Made by a program: the position numbers and the translations under genes
The notes under the pieces: generated by a model
The model's database searches: none
The model's input: the letters and a program-made list of their open reading frames with translations, nothing else
What the model was told of the DNA's origin: nothing
Assembly (NCBI GenBank): GCA_001797415.1
Contig: MGPL01000081.1
Location: 1 to 42,034, forward strand
DNA length: 42,034 nt
Direction: 5' to 3'
Source: Deltaproteobacteria bacterium GWA2_55_10
Lineage (GTDB): Bacteria > Desulfobacterota > GWC2-55-46
Shown: positions 8,318 to 16,400 of the stretch, piece by piece
How the letters are laid out: every line of letters begins with the position of its first letter
Numbering within the stretch: the first letter of the stretch is position 1

Positions 8318-8677
8318 TCACCCCCTCTTTGAGTTCAGAAAAAGATAGAGCAGAACGCCTATGGCAGCGCCTGTAGAGTTCGCGAGCCCGTCCAGCAGTT
8401 CCGCGGACCTGGTGGCTGTCAGGCTCTGAAGAAATTCGATTATGCCGCCGTATGCCGAGGCTGAAATGAACGCGACGGCCGCTGCCGCGAGGCCCGTTGC
8501 AGCGCCCGAGATCGAAACAGCGCGCATCAGGAGGAACGCCAGGCCCAGGTAGGCCAGTCCGTGGTAGAGCTTGTCCCAGTTGCCGGAGACCCCCTTGGGC
8601 GAAGGCTCGAGCGAAAGCGCCAATATCAACGCGGCATATAGCGCGAGCGGCGCCCAGCCCCACAGGGCCTTCTTCAT
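8318..8677 (-). CDS. VanZ-like small membrane protein
   Basis: 119 aa with 4 predicted TM segments. …DKLYHGLAYLGLAFLL… and …EFLQSLTATRSAELLDGLANSTGAAIG resemble the VanZ family. Its ATG overlaps the cbiF stop (ATGA). Confidence 0.6.
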   Translation of the reverse strand: MKKALWGWAPLALYAALILALSLEPSPKGVSGNWDKLYHGLAYLGLAFLLMRAVSISGAATGLAAAAVAFISASAYGGIIEFLQSLTATRSAELLDGLANSTGAAIGVLLYLFLNSKRG

Positions 8678-9447
8678 TTCCTGTACCCGTGCTTGAAGCC
8701 GGGGTCGTAGAGCCTAGATCGCTCAACCGGGCCGTCGCCTATGGCCCTGCCCACTATTATCATTGCCTGCCTCGTTATACCGGCATCCCTGACCTTTGCC
8801 GCTATGTCGGCAAGCGTGCCCTTCACGACCATCTCGTCTTCCCATGATGCCCTGTATACTACGGCAACTGGCACCTCAGGCGCATATCCTTTCGAGAGCT
8901 CGCTTACGACCTCGTCCATCATCGCCACGCTCAGGAATATGCAGATGGTCGCGCCGTGGGCTGCAAGCGCGGAAAGCCTCTCAGACTCAGGCACAGGGGT
9001 CCTGCCTTCGAGCCTGGTGAATATGACGGTCTGCGTCACGCCGGGGAGCGTCAATTCTCTCTTGAGCGCGGCGGCAGAGGCAAAGGCAGAAGAGACGCCC
9101 GGCACTATGCCGTACGGTATGCCCTCCTTTTCAAGGGCCTCTGCCTGCTCTCTTAACGCGCCGTAGAGCGACGGGTCGCCTGTATGGAGCCTCACAACCT
9201 TCTTGCCGCTCTTAGCCGCCTCTATCATTATCGAGACTATCTCGGCGAGGCTCATGGATGCGCTGTTGTAGACCTCCGGGCTATTCCCGCAAAAATCAAG
9301 GACGCGCTCCCTCACGAGCGAACCCGCGTAGACCACGACTTCAGCCTCTTTCAGGAGCTTCATTCCCTTTACGGTTATGAGCTCCGGGTCTCCGGGGCCT
9401 GAGCCGACAAAGAAGACCGTGGCCGGACATTTCATTTCCTCAGACAT
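8674..9447 (-). CDS. cbiF: Cobalt-precorrin-4 C11-methyltransferase
   Basis: 257 aa, with VFFVGSGPGDPELITVKGMKLLKEAEVVVYAGSLV. Overlaps cbiL by 8 nt. Confidence 0.85.
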   Translation of the reverse strand: MSEEMKCPATVFFVGSGPGDPELITVKGMKLLKEAEVVVYAGSLVRERVLDFCGNSPEVYNSASMSLAEIVSIMIEAAKSGKKVVRLHTGDPSLYGALREQAEALEKEGIPYGIVPGVSSAFASAAALKRELTLPGVTQTVIFTRLEGRTPVPESERLSALAAHGATICIFLSVAMMDEVVSELSKGYAPEVPVAVVYRASWEDEMVVKGTLADIAAKVRDAGITRQAMIIVGRAIGDGPVERSRLYDPGFKHGYRK

Positions 9448-10156
9448 TCTTTCTCACTATGAGCATTGAAAAATAATCGGGCTTTTTGCCCCGTAATTCT
9501 TCTAAATTCGTTACGACCTCTTCCTGAGGCCAGCCGGCCCTTGACACGAAAAAAGAGCCCTTTGAAAGGCCTGCATCGGCTATGAGGTCGATGAGCTTGT
9601 CAATTGCCCTGTTCACCTTGAGTATCACGACCGTGTCGGCATAGGAAAGGGCCTCTTTGACCCTGTCAAGGTCGTAGGCGGCAGGTATAATTATAACCTT
9701 TGAGTCTGTTTCCGCAAGGGCGGCAGGGATGAGGGAGGCCGCGGCAGAAAAAGAGGTGATGCCAGGCACTGCCCTTATCTCCGTGTCCGGCGAAAGCTCC
9801 TTTACAAAGGGCATGAGATAACTGAATGTCGAGTAGAGGAGCGGGTCTCCGAGCGTAATGAAGGCAACATCCTGCCCCCGGCAAAGTCTCTCTGCAATAA
9901 GAGCGGCAGCCTGCCTCCTCGATGCGTCGAGGGCTGCAGAATCCTTTGTCATCGGAAACGAGAGCTCGAGTGTTTCCTTGCCGTCAAGCGGCATAGCCCT
10001 GTTTACGATGGCAAGGGCCTGGCTCTCTGCCCCGCCCTCTGATTTCGGTATGGCGAGCACGGCGGCGGAGCTTATGACCCTTATGGCCTTGAGCGTTATG
10101 AGCTCCGGGTCTCCGGGGCCTACCCCGACTCCGTAGAATATGCCGGGCCTTGTCAT
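9440..10156 (-). CDS. cbiL: Cobalt-factor II C20-methyltransferase
   Basis: 238 aa, with GIFYGVGVGPGDPELITLKAIRVI. ATGA overlap with the cbiET stop. Confidence 0.8.
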   Translation of the reverse strand: MTRPGIFYGVGVGPGDPELITLKAIRVISSAAVLAIPKSEGGAESQALAIVNRAMPLDGKETLELSFPMTKDSAALDASRRQAAALIAERLCRGQDVAFITLGDPLLYSTFSYLMPFVKELSPDTEIRAVPGITSFSAAASLIPAALAETDSKVIIIPAAYDLDRVKEALSYADTVVILKVNRAIDKLIDLIADAGLSKGSFFVSRAGWPQEEVVTNLEELRGKKPDYFSMLIVRKNV

Positions 10157-11358
10157 CTCTTCCCCTTTATTATGAAGACGGGATTATGGGCCGAGAGCAT
10201 GTTCAATTCCCCGGCTGACCTTGCCTTTGAAACGCTCGCGAGGACAAGCTCCCGGGTCCATCCCTTTTTGAAAAACTCGAACGCGGCAGAGGCCGTCTCC
10301 ATTGTGATGGCGTTTACAACTACCCTGCCGCCCGGCTTCAGGGCCTTTCCAACTGCGCCGAGTATCTCCCTGATGCCATTTCCGCCTCCGCCGACGAATA
10401 CCGCGTCAGGCCTGGGCAGTCCCTTTAGTGCTGCCGGGGCATTACCCTCTACTATCTTCAGTTCAGCAGAGCCGAACCTCTTTTTGTTCTCCTTTATGTC
10501 CCTTACCCTCTTTCTATCCTTCTCGACGGCAAATACGGCATTGCCTGTAATACGGCCCGCCTCTATGGCGACTGAGCCCGAGCACGCGCCAATGTCCCAG
10601 ACGACATCGCCCTTCTTCAATTCAAGCTTTGCAAGAGAGATGACCCTGAACTCTTCCTTGGTTATCATCCCGTTCGAGTGCGCGAACAGCGCGTCAGGTA
10701 TGCCTGGCGCGCTCTGAGCGGCATTCACGTCATCCTCGCGGATAAGTATGAGGACGTTGAGAGGACCAAACGACTTTCGTTTTGCGATTTTCTCAAGAGT
10801 GCCTTCGATTACCTTTTCATCAGCGCCCAGCGACTCGCAGACATAGGCCTTGAAGCCATTGACGCCCCTTTCAAGAAGCTCGGAGCAAATCCTCGCCGGC
10901 GTGTTCTCCTTGTCGGTAAAGACGGCGAGCTTCCGGTTCGATCTTGCCTCATCGCTTAATCTGGAGAAATCAGCTTCCCTGCCGTGCACGCTCAGTATCT
11001 TTACATCGTTAAGGTCTTCCTTGATGAGGGCAAAGGCCTCCTGTATGGCGCTTACGTTCGGTATGATCTCTACCCTCTTCTTCCCGAACCTTTTAAGGAT
11101 AAAAGAGCCTATGCCAAAGAGCAGCGGGTCTCCTGTTGCCAGTATCGCGACCGGCTTCCTGCTTTTTTTGATATGCCTATCTATTGCCCTGGCAGCGTCG
11201 AGGATGCCGCCGAGCGCAATCCTTTCGGCCCTTGCGTCGGCGAACTCGTCAAGGTGCCTCTTGCCGCCGACAAGGAGGCCCGCGTTATGAATAATATCGA
11301 GCGGCCTGCCCAGGAGGCTTGCCCTGCCCTGTATGCCTATTCCGATTACGTATATCAT
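10153..11358 (-). CDS. cbiET: Cobalt-precorrin-6B/7 C5,C15-methyltransferase and decarboxylase fusion
   Basis: 401 aa. N-terminal tetrapyrrole methylase (IYVIGIGIQG…ATGDPLLFG) plus a C-terminal SAM methyltransferase of the CbiT type (VVWDIGACSGSVAIE). Confidence 0.8.
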   Translation of the reverse strand: MIYVIGIGIQGRASLLGRPLDIIHNAGLLVGGKRHLDEFADARAERIALGGILDAARAIDRHIKKSRKPVAILATGDPLLFGIGSFILKRFGKKRVEIIPNVSAIQEAFALIKEDLNDVKILSVHGREADFSRLSDEARSNRKLAVFTDKENTPARICSELLERGVNGFKAYVCESLGADEKVIEGTLEKIAKRKSFGPLNVLILIREDDVNAAQSAPGIPDALFAHSNGMITKEEFRVISLAKLELKKGDVVWDIGACSGSVAIEAGRITGNAVFAVEKDRKRVRDIKENKKRFGSAELKIVEGNAPAALKGLPRPDAVFVGGGGNGIREILGAVGKALKPGGRVVVNAITMETASAAFEFFKKGWTRELVLASVSKARSAGELNMLSAHNPVFIIKGKR

Positions 11359-11361
11359 CTC

Positions 11362-12441
11362 TTATGCTATTGCCGCTATCTCGCCGCCGTAGCCGACGAG
11401 GATGGCCCTCAATTCCTTTTTCCCCGATAATTTTTGTGAATTCATCTTTACGAGCCTGCATACCTCTTTTATGACGGCTTCAAGCCTGTTATCCTTCAAT
11501 ATGAAAAATACCTCGCGCGCGGTGTTTGCCGCCGCGGCACTGTCAGAAATCTTCTTTGGCGCGCCCGCCTTTTTGCACAGCTCCGAGAGAAACCCGAGCT
11601 CGACGGATGAATCGCTGCAGTGCGTCTCGAAGTGTCCTGATGCGAGCTTCGTGAACTTTCCAAACTGGCCGGCGACGACCACCTTTTTTATAATATTCTT
11701 TTTGGCCGCGTCCTTCAGGGCAAAGCCCATGTGGTCGCCTGTGAGCACATAAGCGGCCTCGGGCAGCTTGAGGAGTTTCTCTACAGCTTTTTCGCTCGAC
11801 CTGCCGGTAGAGAATACCACCTCGTCAAGCCCCGCGGCAACGGCAACATCGACGGCGCAGCTTATGGAATGCGTATACGCCGCCAATGACATGGGCTCGA
11901 CGATGCCGGTCGTGCCGAGGATCGATATGCCTTCCAGAATCCCGAGCCTCGGGTTCATGGTCCTGGCGGCAAGCTCCCTGCCCCTGGGCACTGAAATGGT
12001 CACCTGAAAAGACGCCCTGCTCGAATATCTTTTTGCCGCTTCGAGCACGGCCCTTCTTATCATCAGAAGCGGCACGGGGTTTATCGCGGGTCTGCCCGGA
12101 GGGACCTTAAGGCCGGGCTTGGTGACGATGCCCACCCCTTCGCCGCCCCTTATCCTGACAGACGGCCTCAATCGGTTCTCGCCTGTTATCCCGACCTCTG
12201 CGATGAATTCGGCCCCGTTTGTCACGTCCGGGTCGTCTCCGGCGTCCTTGATAATAATCGCGCTCGCGCTCCGTCCCGATACCTTGATCGATTTCACCGG
12301 GATATCGAGTCTTCCGCCTCGCGGCAAAGAGACCTCGACGGATACCGGCCGCTTTCCGCTCAGAAGCGAAAGCGCCGCTGCCTTTGCCCCGGCAGCGGCA
12401 CAGGTGCCGGTAGTAAAGCCTCTGCGAAGCTCCTTAGGCAT
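11362..12441 (-). CDS. cbiD: Cobalt-precorrin-5B C1-methyltransferase
   Basis: RRGFTTGTCAAAGAKAA is the CbiD N-terminal signature. I prefer ATG 12441 (MPKELRRGFTTG), which overlaps the upstream stop by 8 nt; the track start at 12507 would overlap by 74 nt. Confidence 0.8.
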   Translation of the reverse strand: MPKELRRGFTTGTCAAAGAKAAALSLLSGKRPVSVEVSLPRGGRLDIPVKSIKVSGRSASAIIIKDAGDDPDVTNGAEFIAEVGITGENRLRPSVRIRGGEGVGIVTKPGLKVPPGRPAINPVPLLMIRRAVLEAAKRYSSRASFQVTISVPRGRELAARTMNPRLGILEGISILGTTGIVEPMSLAAYTHSISCAVDVAVAAGLDEVVFSTGRSSEKAVEKLLKLPEAAYVLTGDHMGFALKDAAKKNIIKKVVVAGQFGKFTKLASGHFETHCSDSSVELGFLSELCKKAGAPKKISDSAAAANTAREVFFILKDNRLEAVIKEVCRLVKMNSQKLSGKKELRAILVGYGGEIAAIA

Positions 12442-12850
12442 TTCCTTCAGCTCTTGCCTCGCCTCTTTTAAGAAGCGCCCCGAGTATCGCGCCGAGAGCG
12501 AGCGCAAGGAGGAAACCCTGCATCGTCTCAGGGGTGACGAGGTGATACCTTTCAGGCTCCATCATGGAGAGCATATCCCCGGCGAGCCTCAAGACTATCC
12601 AGACCGAGGCTGAAACGAACACCGCCTTGTAGAGCGTCCTCCTGAACGGCAGGAACCTTCCGGCAACGGCCAGTATGCCGCTGGTGACGATGCCGAATAC
12701 GACGCCCCCGAAGGTAAACGAGAGCAGGTTGTGGGTAAAACTGCCCTCGAAAGGGAATATCCCGCTCATGTAATTCGACAGATAACAGAGCCATCCCCAG
12801 AGCGCCCCGGCTATCGCGCCCGCGAAGAGGTTATCCTTCAATGTATTCAT
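12434..12850 (-). CDS. Uncharacterised 4-TM membrane protein; possible short CbtA-like partner of CbtB (assigned by position only)
   Basis: 138 aa with four hydrophobic helices. A strong AGGAGGA Shine-Dalgarno sequence lies 10 nt after the cbtB stop. I recognise no family motif with confidence. Confidence 0.45.
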   Translation of the reverse strand: MNTLKDNLFAGAIAGALWGWLCYLSNYMSGIFPFEGSFTHNLLSFTFGGVVFGIVTSGILAVAGRFLPFRRTLYKAVFVSASVWIVLRLAGDMLSMMEPERYHLVTPETMQGFLLALALGAILGALLKRGEARAEGNA

Positions 12851-12860
12851 TTTTTTCCTC

Positions 12861-13031
12861 CTAATGGCAGGGCATGCCGATTACGTGCCTGAAGTCATGC
12901 AACGCGTCATGCACGCCGGGCGCTATTGACTCCATGCCGAAAGCGATTACCATCATCGTGAAGGCGAGCGCGACCAACACTATTGCGGGTACGAGCGACC
13001 CGATACCGCTACTTGCAACTGTTCTTTCCAT
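12861..13031 (-). CDS. cbtB: Cobalt transporter subunit CbtB (56 aa, below the ORF-track cutoff)
   Basis: Hand translation gives MERTVASSGIGSLVPAIVLVALAFTMMVIAFGMESIAPGVHDALHDFRHVIGMPCH. It has one TM helix plus a C-terminal HDxxHDxRHxxGxPCH motif that matches the CbtB family as I recall it. An AAGGAGGAAG Shine-Dalgarno sequence sits upstream. Confidence 0.75.
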   Translation of the reverse strand: MERTVASSGIGSLVPAIVLVALAFTMMVIAFGMESIAPGVHDALHDFRHVIGMPCH

Positions 13032-13093
13032 AGTCTTCCTCCTTTTTTTTTAAAACGTTTAATTAGCAGATTACTGAAAACCTCCGACCACGC

Positions 13094-13225
13094 TAAGGCT
13101 GCTCAAAAAGCTCCATATGTGAGGCCTCGGTTAAATCGGGGAGCGAGGAGCGAGTCGTACTCTTCTTGTACGTCGCAGCGACTCGCTTTGAAGACAACAA
13201 AGCAGATGGACTTTTTCAGCAGCCT
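13094..13225 (+). repeat. Family-A repeat, copy A2
   Basis: Full-length match (…ggctgctcaaaaagctccatatgtgaggcctcggttaaatcggggagcgagg…cagatggactttttcagcagcc). It lies between the porin stop codon and cbtB. Confidence 0.9.
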
Positions 13226-14509
13226 TTAAAAGTAAGCCTGGAGCCTTACGCCGTATATTAAAAGGCTGCCAGCCTCCTTGTCGCCGCCGGGGTTTATCAC
13301 ATACTGTATGTCCGGCGTGACATGAATGCCCTCGTCTATAGAGGCGTGCGAGACCGCATAGCTGTAATAGAGCTCGAAGTAATGCTCTGTCCCGGGGTCT
13401 GCAGCCGTGTTGTTCCTCAGGTACTCCTTGTAAGTGTCGCCCATGAAGGTGGCCCCGTAGCCGAAGCCCAAGTGGTCGTTGGGCCTGCCGCAGGGCTCAG
13501 CCGAGAGGTTTACACCGGCGCCCAGGAACCTGTCGAACTGGGCGACGCTCTCCCTCTGAAGGCCTGCCCTGAACCAGACGCCCATGATGTCGCTTACGGG
13601 CTGGTCAACGCTCACGCCTATGCCGCTGTTCTGAGCCTTTACAAGCCCGGTATCCGCCGGGTTGGCGAGGTTGGCCATATCAGCGTCGGTCCTCCTGTGC
13701 CTGTACCAGTAATAGACCCTGTAGTTGCCCTCTTTGCCGCCGGGAGAGAGCTTGAGGTCTACCTCTGCCATCAGGAACGGGTTATCGAAGGTATCGATGT
13801 AATCGCCGTCGCCCTCAAACGCGCCGACGCTCACGCCTATCCTGTCGCTGGCAGCCCAGGCAAGGCTCACGCCGGGGCTGTAGAAATCCGCCGAGCCGCC
13901 CCACTCGACAGTAGGGTTGTTGACGAATATATTTGCCATTAACTGCGCCCGCTCGTCGTTGGCATACTCGTTTGCGTCGAAGTAGCCTGTAAGGTCGAGC
14001 TGGCCGATAACGAGGGTGAGCGCGTCAGTGATGCTGTGCTCGTAGTATGCCTGCGTTATCTGCACCCTCGATTCGTTGAATGACTCGATGTCGGCGTTAT
14101 AGCCGGTCGCGTTCCCGTTCGGAGAGAGGAAGAAGGCAGGCAGGTTCTGTATTCCGGCCCCCCTCTGGAAATCGAAGACGATTACGGCCCTGCCCTTGTC
14201 TCCTATGGGCGACTCTACGGCCAGGTCGGCTGAAATCGCAGACGCGCCGTTTTGCCCGTCAACGTCCTTTGAATCGCTCACGCCGTGGCCGGTTAGCGTT
14301 ATGCCGCCGCTTACGGTGAGGCCGTAGATGCTGTGCACGGGATGGACCTTCCTGTGGCTCGGCTCTTCCGAGACCACCTTGCTGTCGAGCTTCTTTTCAA
14401 GCTCCTCGACGCGCCTCTTGAGATCCTCCACTTCGGCGTCGGCAGCCCAAAGAGATTGTGAAAAGATGAATATGAACGAAAACGCAGCCAGCAGGACTAC
14501 CCTCGACAT
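13226..14509 (-). CDS. Outer-membrane beta-barrel porin (OprB/carbohydrate-porin-like) with an N-terminal coiled coil
   Basis: 427 aa. Signal peptide MSRVVLLAAFSFIFIFSQSLWA/AD, heptad-like EVEDLKRRVEELEKKLD, an aromatic and glycine-rich alternating sequence, and a C-terminal …VRLQAYF (terminal Phe, an OMP signature). GGGGGAGGAG Shine-Dalgarno sequence. Confidence 0.7.
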   Translation of the reverse strand: MSRVVLLAAFSFIFIFSQSLWAADAEVEDLKRRVEELEKKLDSKVVSEEPSHRKVHPVHSIYGLTVSGGITLTGHGVSDSKDVDGQNGASAISADLAVESPIGDKGRAVIVFDFQRGAGIQNLPAFFLSPNGNATGYNADIESFNESRVQITQAYYEHSITDALTLVIGQLDLTGYFDANEYANDERAQLMANIFVNNPTVEWGGSADFYSPGVSLAWAASDRIGVSVGAFEGDGDYIDTFDNPFLMAEVDLKLSPGGKEGNYRVYYWYRHRRTDADMANLANPADTGLVKAQNSGIGVSVDQPVSDIMGVWFRAGLQRESVAQFDRFLGAGVNLSAEPCGRPNDHLGFGYGATFMGDTYKEYLRNNTAADPGTEHYFELYYSYAVSHASIDEGIHVTPDIQYVINPGGDKEAGSLLIYGVRLQAYF

Positions 14510-14540
14510 CTGACTCCTCCCCCGGTTAATGGTTCCCTAA

Positions 14541-14691
14541 CAGGATGTTGAAAAAGTCCGTCCTGGACTTTTTCAAACACGACTTGGCCGAAGTGAATTC
14601 GTCCAAGTCTTACAAATTGCTCGACTGTTCAAGTCTCACAATTTGGCAATCCATCCATGGATTGCCTTAGCAGGGTTTTTTCAACACCCTG
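14541..14691. repeat. Family-B MITE-like element (151 bp, multi-hairpin)
   Basis: Termini caggatgttgaaaaagtcc and ggttttttcaacaccctg are inverted copies of each other and resemble the family-A termini. Internal hairpins include a 14-bp stem at 14547-14579 and a 10-bp stem ggcaatccat/atggattgcc at 14646-14667. It fills the cbiO-porin gap. Confidence 0.7.
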
Positions 14692-14697
14692 CTAATC

Positions 14698-15528
14698 CTA
14701 TTCATGCTCGTCGTGAGTCGAGTACGGGCCGTGGCTGTGCCTGTGAATTATATGGCCGTGCCTGTGCGCGTGCTCGTGTATTATATTGGCCGCAAGCAGC
14801 AGGTCCTTGTCCTTGAGGACCTGTTCCGTGGGACCGTCCGCAACGAGTGAGTGCGCTTCGTCAAGCACCATGACCCTTTCGCAAAGGTCCCCGGCAAGGC
14901 TCAAGTCGTGCGTCGCGAGTATTATCGTCTTCTTCAGCTCTTTAAGCCTCTCGAGCAGCTCGAAAAGCCAGACCTGCGCCCTCGGGTCAAGGCCGTTCGT
15001 GGGCTCGTCGAGCAGAAGGACATCCGGGTTTATCGCAAGCACAGATGCTATGGCGACCTTTTTCTTCTCCCCGCTGCTCAAGGTATATGGCGGCCTCTTT
15101 GTGATGGCCTCTATGTCGAGCATCTTCAAGAGCTCCTCTGCCCTTTTGACAGCCTCTGCCTCTTTGAGCCCGAGTTGCAGCGGGCCGAACATAAGCTCCT
15201 CCAATACAGTCGGGCAGAAGAGCTGCACGTCCGGCTCCGGGAATACGAAGCTGACCCGTTCCCTGAAGCTCTTGAGAAAACTGCCCTGGAGCCGCTCCTC
15301 TGTGATGCGCTCGCCCAAGAAGCTTACGCTCCCTGAGGCCGGGTACATAAGGCCGTCCATTATCTTGAGGAGCGTTGATTTGCCGCTCCCGTTGGCGCCG
15401 AGTATGGCGATGCTTTCACCGGCGCTGACAGTGAAGCTCACGTCCTTGAGCGCTGTGTTGGAGCCGTACGCGAAGCAGAGCGCCTCGACCGTAAACAGGC
15501 TGAACTGCTCTTCCATTGCAGGCCTCAT
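14698..15528 (-). CDS. cbiO: ECF cobalt/nickel transporter ATPase with a His-rich C-terminal tail
   Basis: Walker A GANGSGKST, signature LSSGEKKKV, Walker B LLLDEP. The start is placed at ATG 15528, overlapping the cbiQ stop (ATGA); the track start at 15717 lies inside cbiQ. The tail reads HEHAHRHGHIIHRHSHGPYSTHDEHE. Confidence 0.85.
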   Translation of the reverse strand: MRPAMEEQFSLFTVEALCFAYGSNTALKDVSFTVSAGESIAILGANGSGKSTLLKIMDGLMYPASGSVSFLGERITEERLQGSFLKSFRERVSFVFPEPDVQLFCPTVLEELMFGPLQLGLKEAEAVKRAEELLKMLDIEAITKRPPYTLSSGEKKKVAIASVLAINPDVLLLDEPTNGLDPRAQVWLFELLERLKELKKTIILATHDLSLAGDLCERVMVLDEAHSLVADGPTEQVLKDKDLLLAANIIHEHAHRHGHIIHRHSHGPYSTHDEHE

Positions 15529-16400
15529 GTCCCGAACGACATGAAAAGGACGAAGCTCGTAAAACCTATCCAGAGATAGTCCCTTCCGGAAAACGCGGCC
15601 GCATTTGATGCGCTCACTATCCTGCCGGAGAAGCCCCTCGATATCATGGCCATGTTGACCTCCTCGGCCATTTGGAAAGACCTTTTCAATATCAGGGCGG
15701 CCCGTGAGGCGAACCACCTCTGCGACTCCCTCAACGCGGCCCTCTGGACGGTCCTCGACTTCCTCGCCAATGCCGCATCCTGGGCTGTCTTGATCAATAT
15801 GAAAACATACCTGAACGTAAAGAAGAGCGCGGTCACGAAAAAGCCGGGGATTATCCTGCCGAGTCCCCTGAAGAAATCGGCCTGCCTTGTTGTAAGGGCA
15901 AGAAGGGAAGCCAGCGTGACCATCGTGGTTACCCGTAGAATAAAGAACCCAGCCGTCATGAGCCCCTCGCCCGTTATCGCGAGCCCGAACGCGCCCGCAA
16001 GCTCTCTCCCCGGCGTGACCACGTTGAGCGAGACCGGAAGGGCGAGGACGAATGTAAAAGCCGCCGCAGGCAGCACCCTCTTTGCCAGAGGTGCCAAGCC
16101 AATTCCAGTCTTTATGGACATGGCAACGGCAAAAAGCAGCACGCCTGAGAGGAAGAGGGCGTTGCCCGCAATGGCGGAAGCCGCTACAAGCAGGAAAAAG
16201 CCTGCGAGCTTTGCCCTGGGCTCGAGCCTCTGCAGCGCTCCGTCCCTTGACGCGTACTCCTCTGTCGAGAAGGCCTTTATCACCGCCGCGGAAAAGCCGG
16301 CGATGCTCTTCTCGATAAAGCCCGAAGGCCTGAGAGTCCCGCCGGAGCGCGTCTGGTCTCTCGAATCTTTAAACCATTCAGGGAGCTTTATCTCTTCCAC
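15525..16400 (-). CDS. cbiQ: ECF transporter transmembrane (T) component
   Basis: 291 aa, polytopic, with …LQRLEPRAKL… and …ARKSRT… typical of CbiQ/EcfT. GTG start overlaps cbiM by 13 nt, so the exact start is uncertain. Confidence 0.75.
   Translation of the reverse strand: MEEIKLPEWFKDSRDQTRSGGTLRPSGFIEKSIAGFSAAVIKAFSTEEYASRDGALQRLEPRAKLAGFFLLVAASAIAGNALFLSGVLLFAVAMSIKTGIGLAPLAKRVLPAAAFTFVLALPVSLNVVTPGRELAGAFGLAITGEGLMTAGFFILRVTTMVTLASLLALTTRQADFFRGLGRIIPGFFVTALFFTFRYVFILIKTAQDAALARKSRTVQRAALRESQRWFASRAALILKRSFQMAEEVNMAMISRGFSGRIVSASNAAAFSGRDYLWIGFTSFVLFMSFGT

Noticed and set aside
13222-13232. The right end of repeats A2 and A5 is followed in both cases by TTAAAAG, which contains the host gene's stop codon and terminal Phe codon, as a possible target-site motif
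   Set aside because: The motif is seen in only two of six full-length copies, and the other right flanks differ. No matching duplication occurs on the left flanks, so neither a target-site duplication nor a target preference can be claimed.
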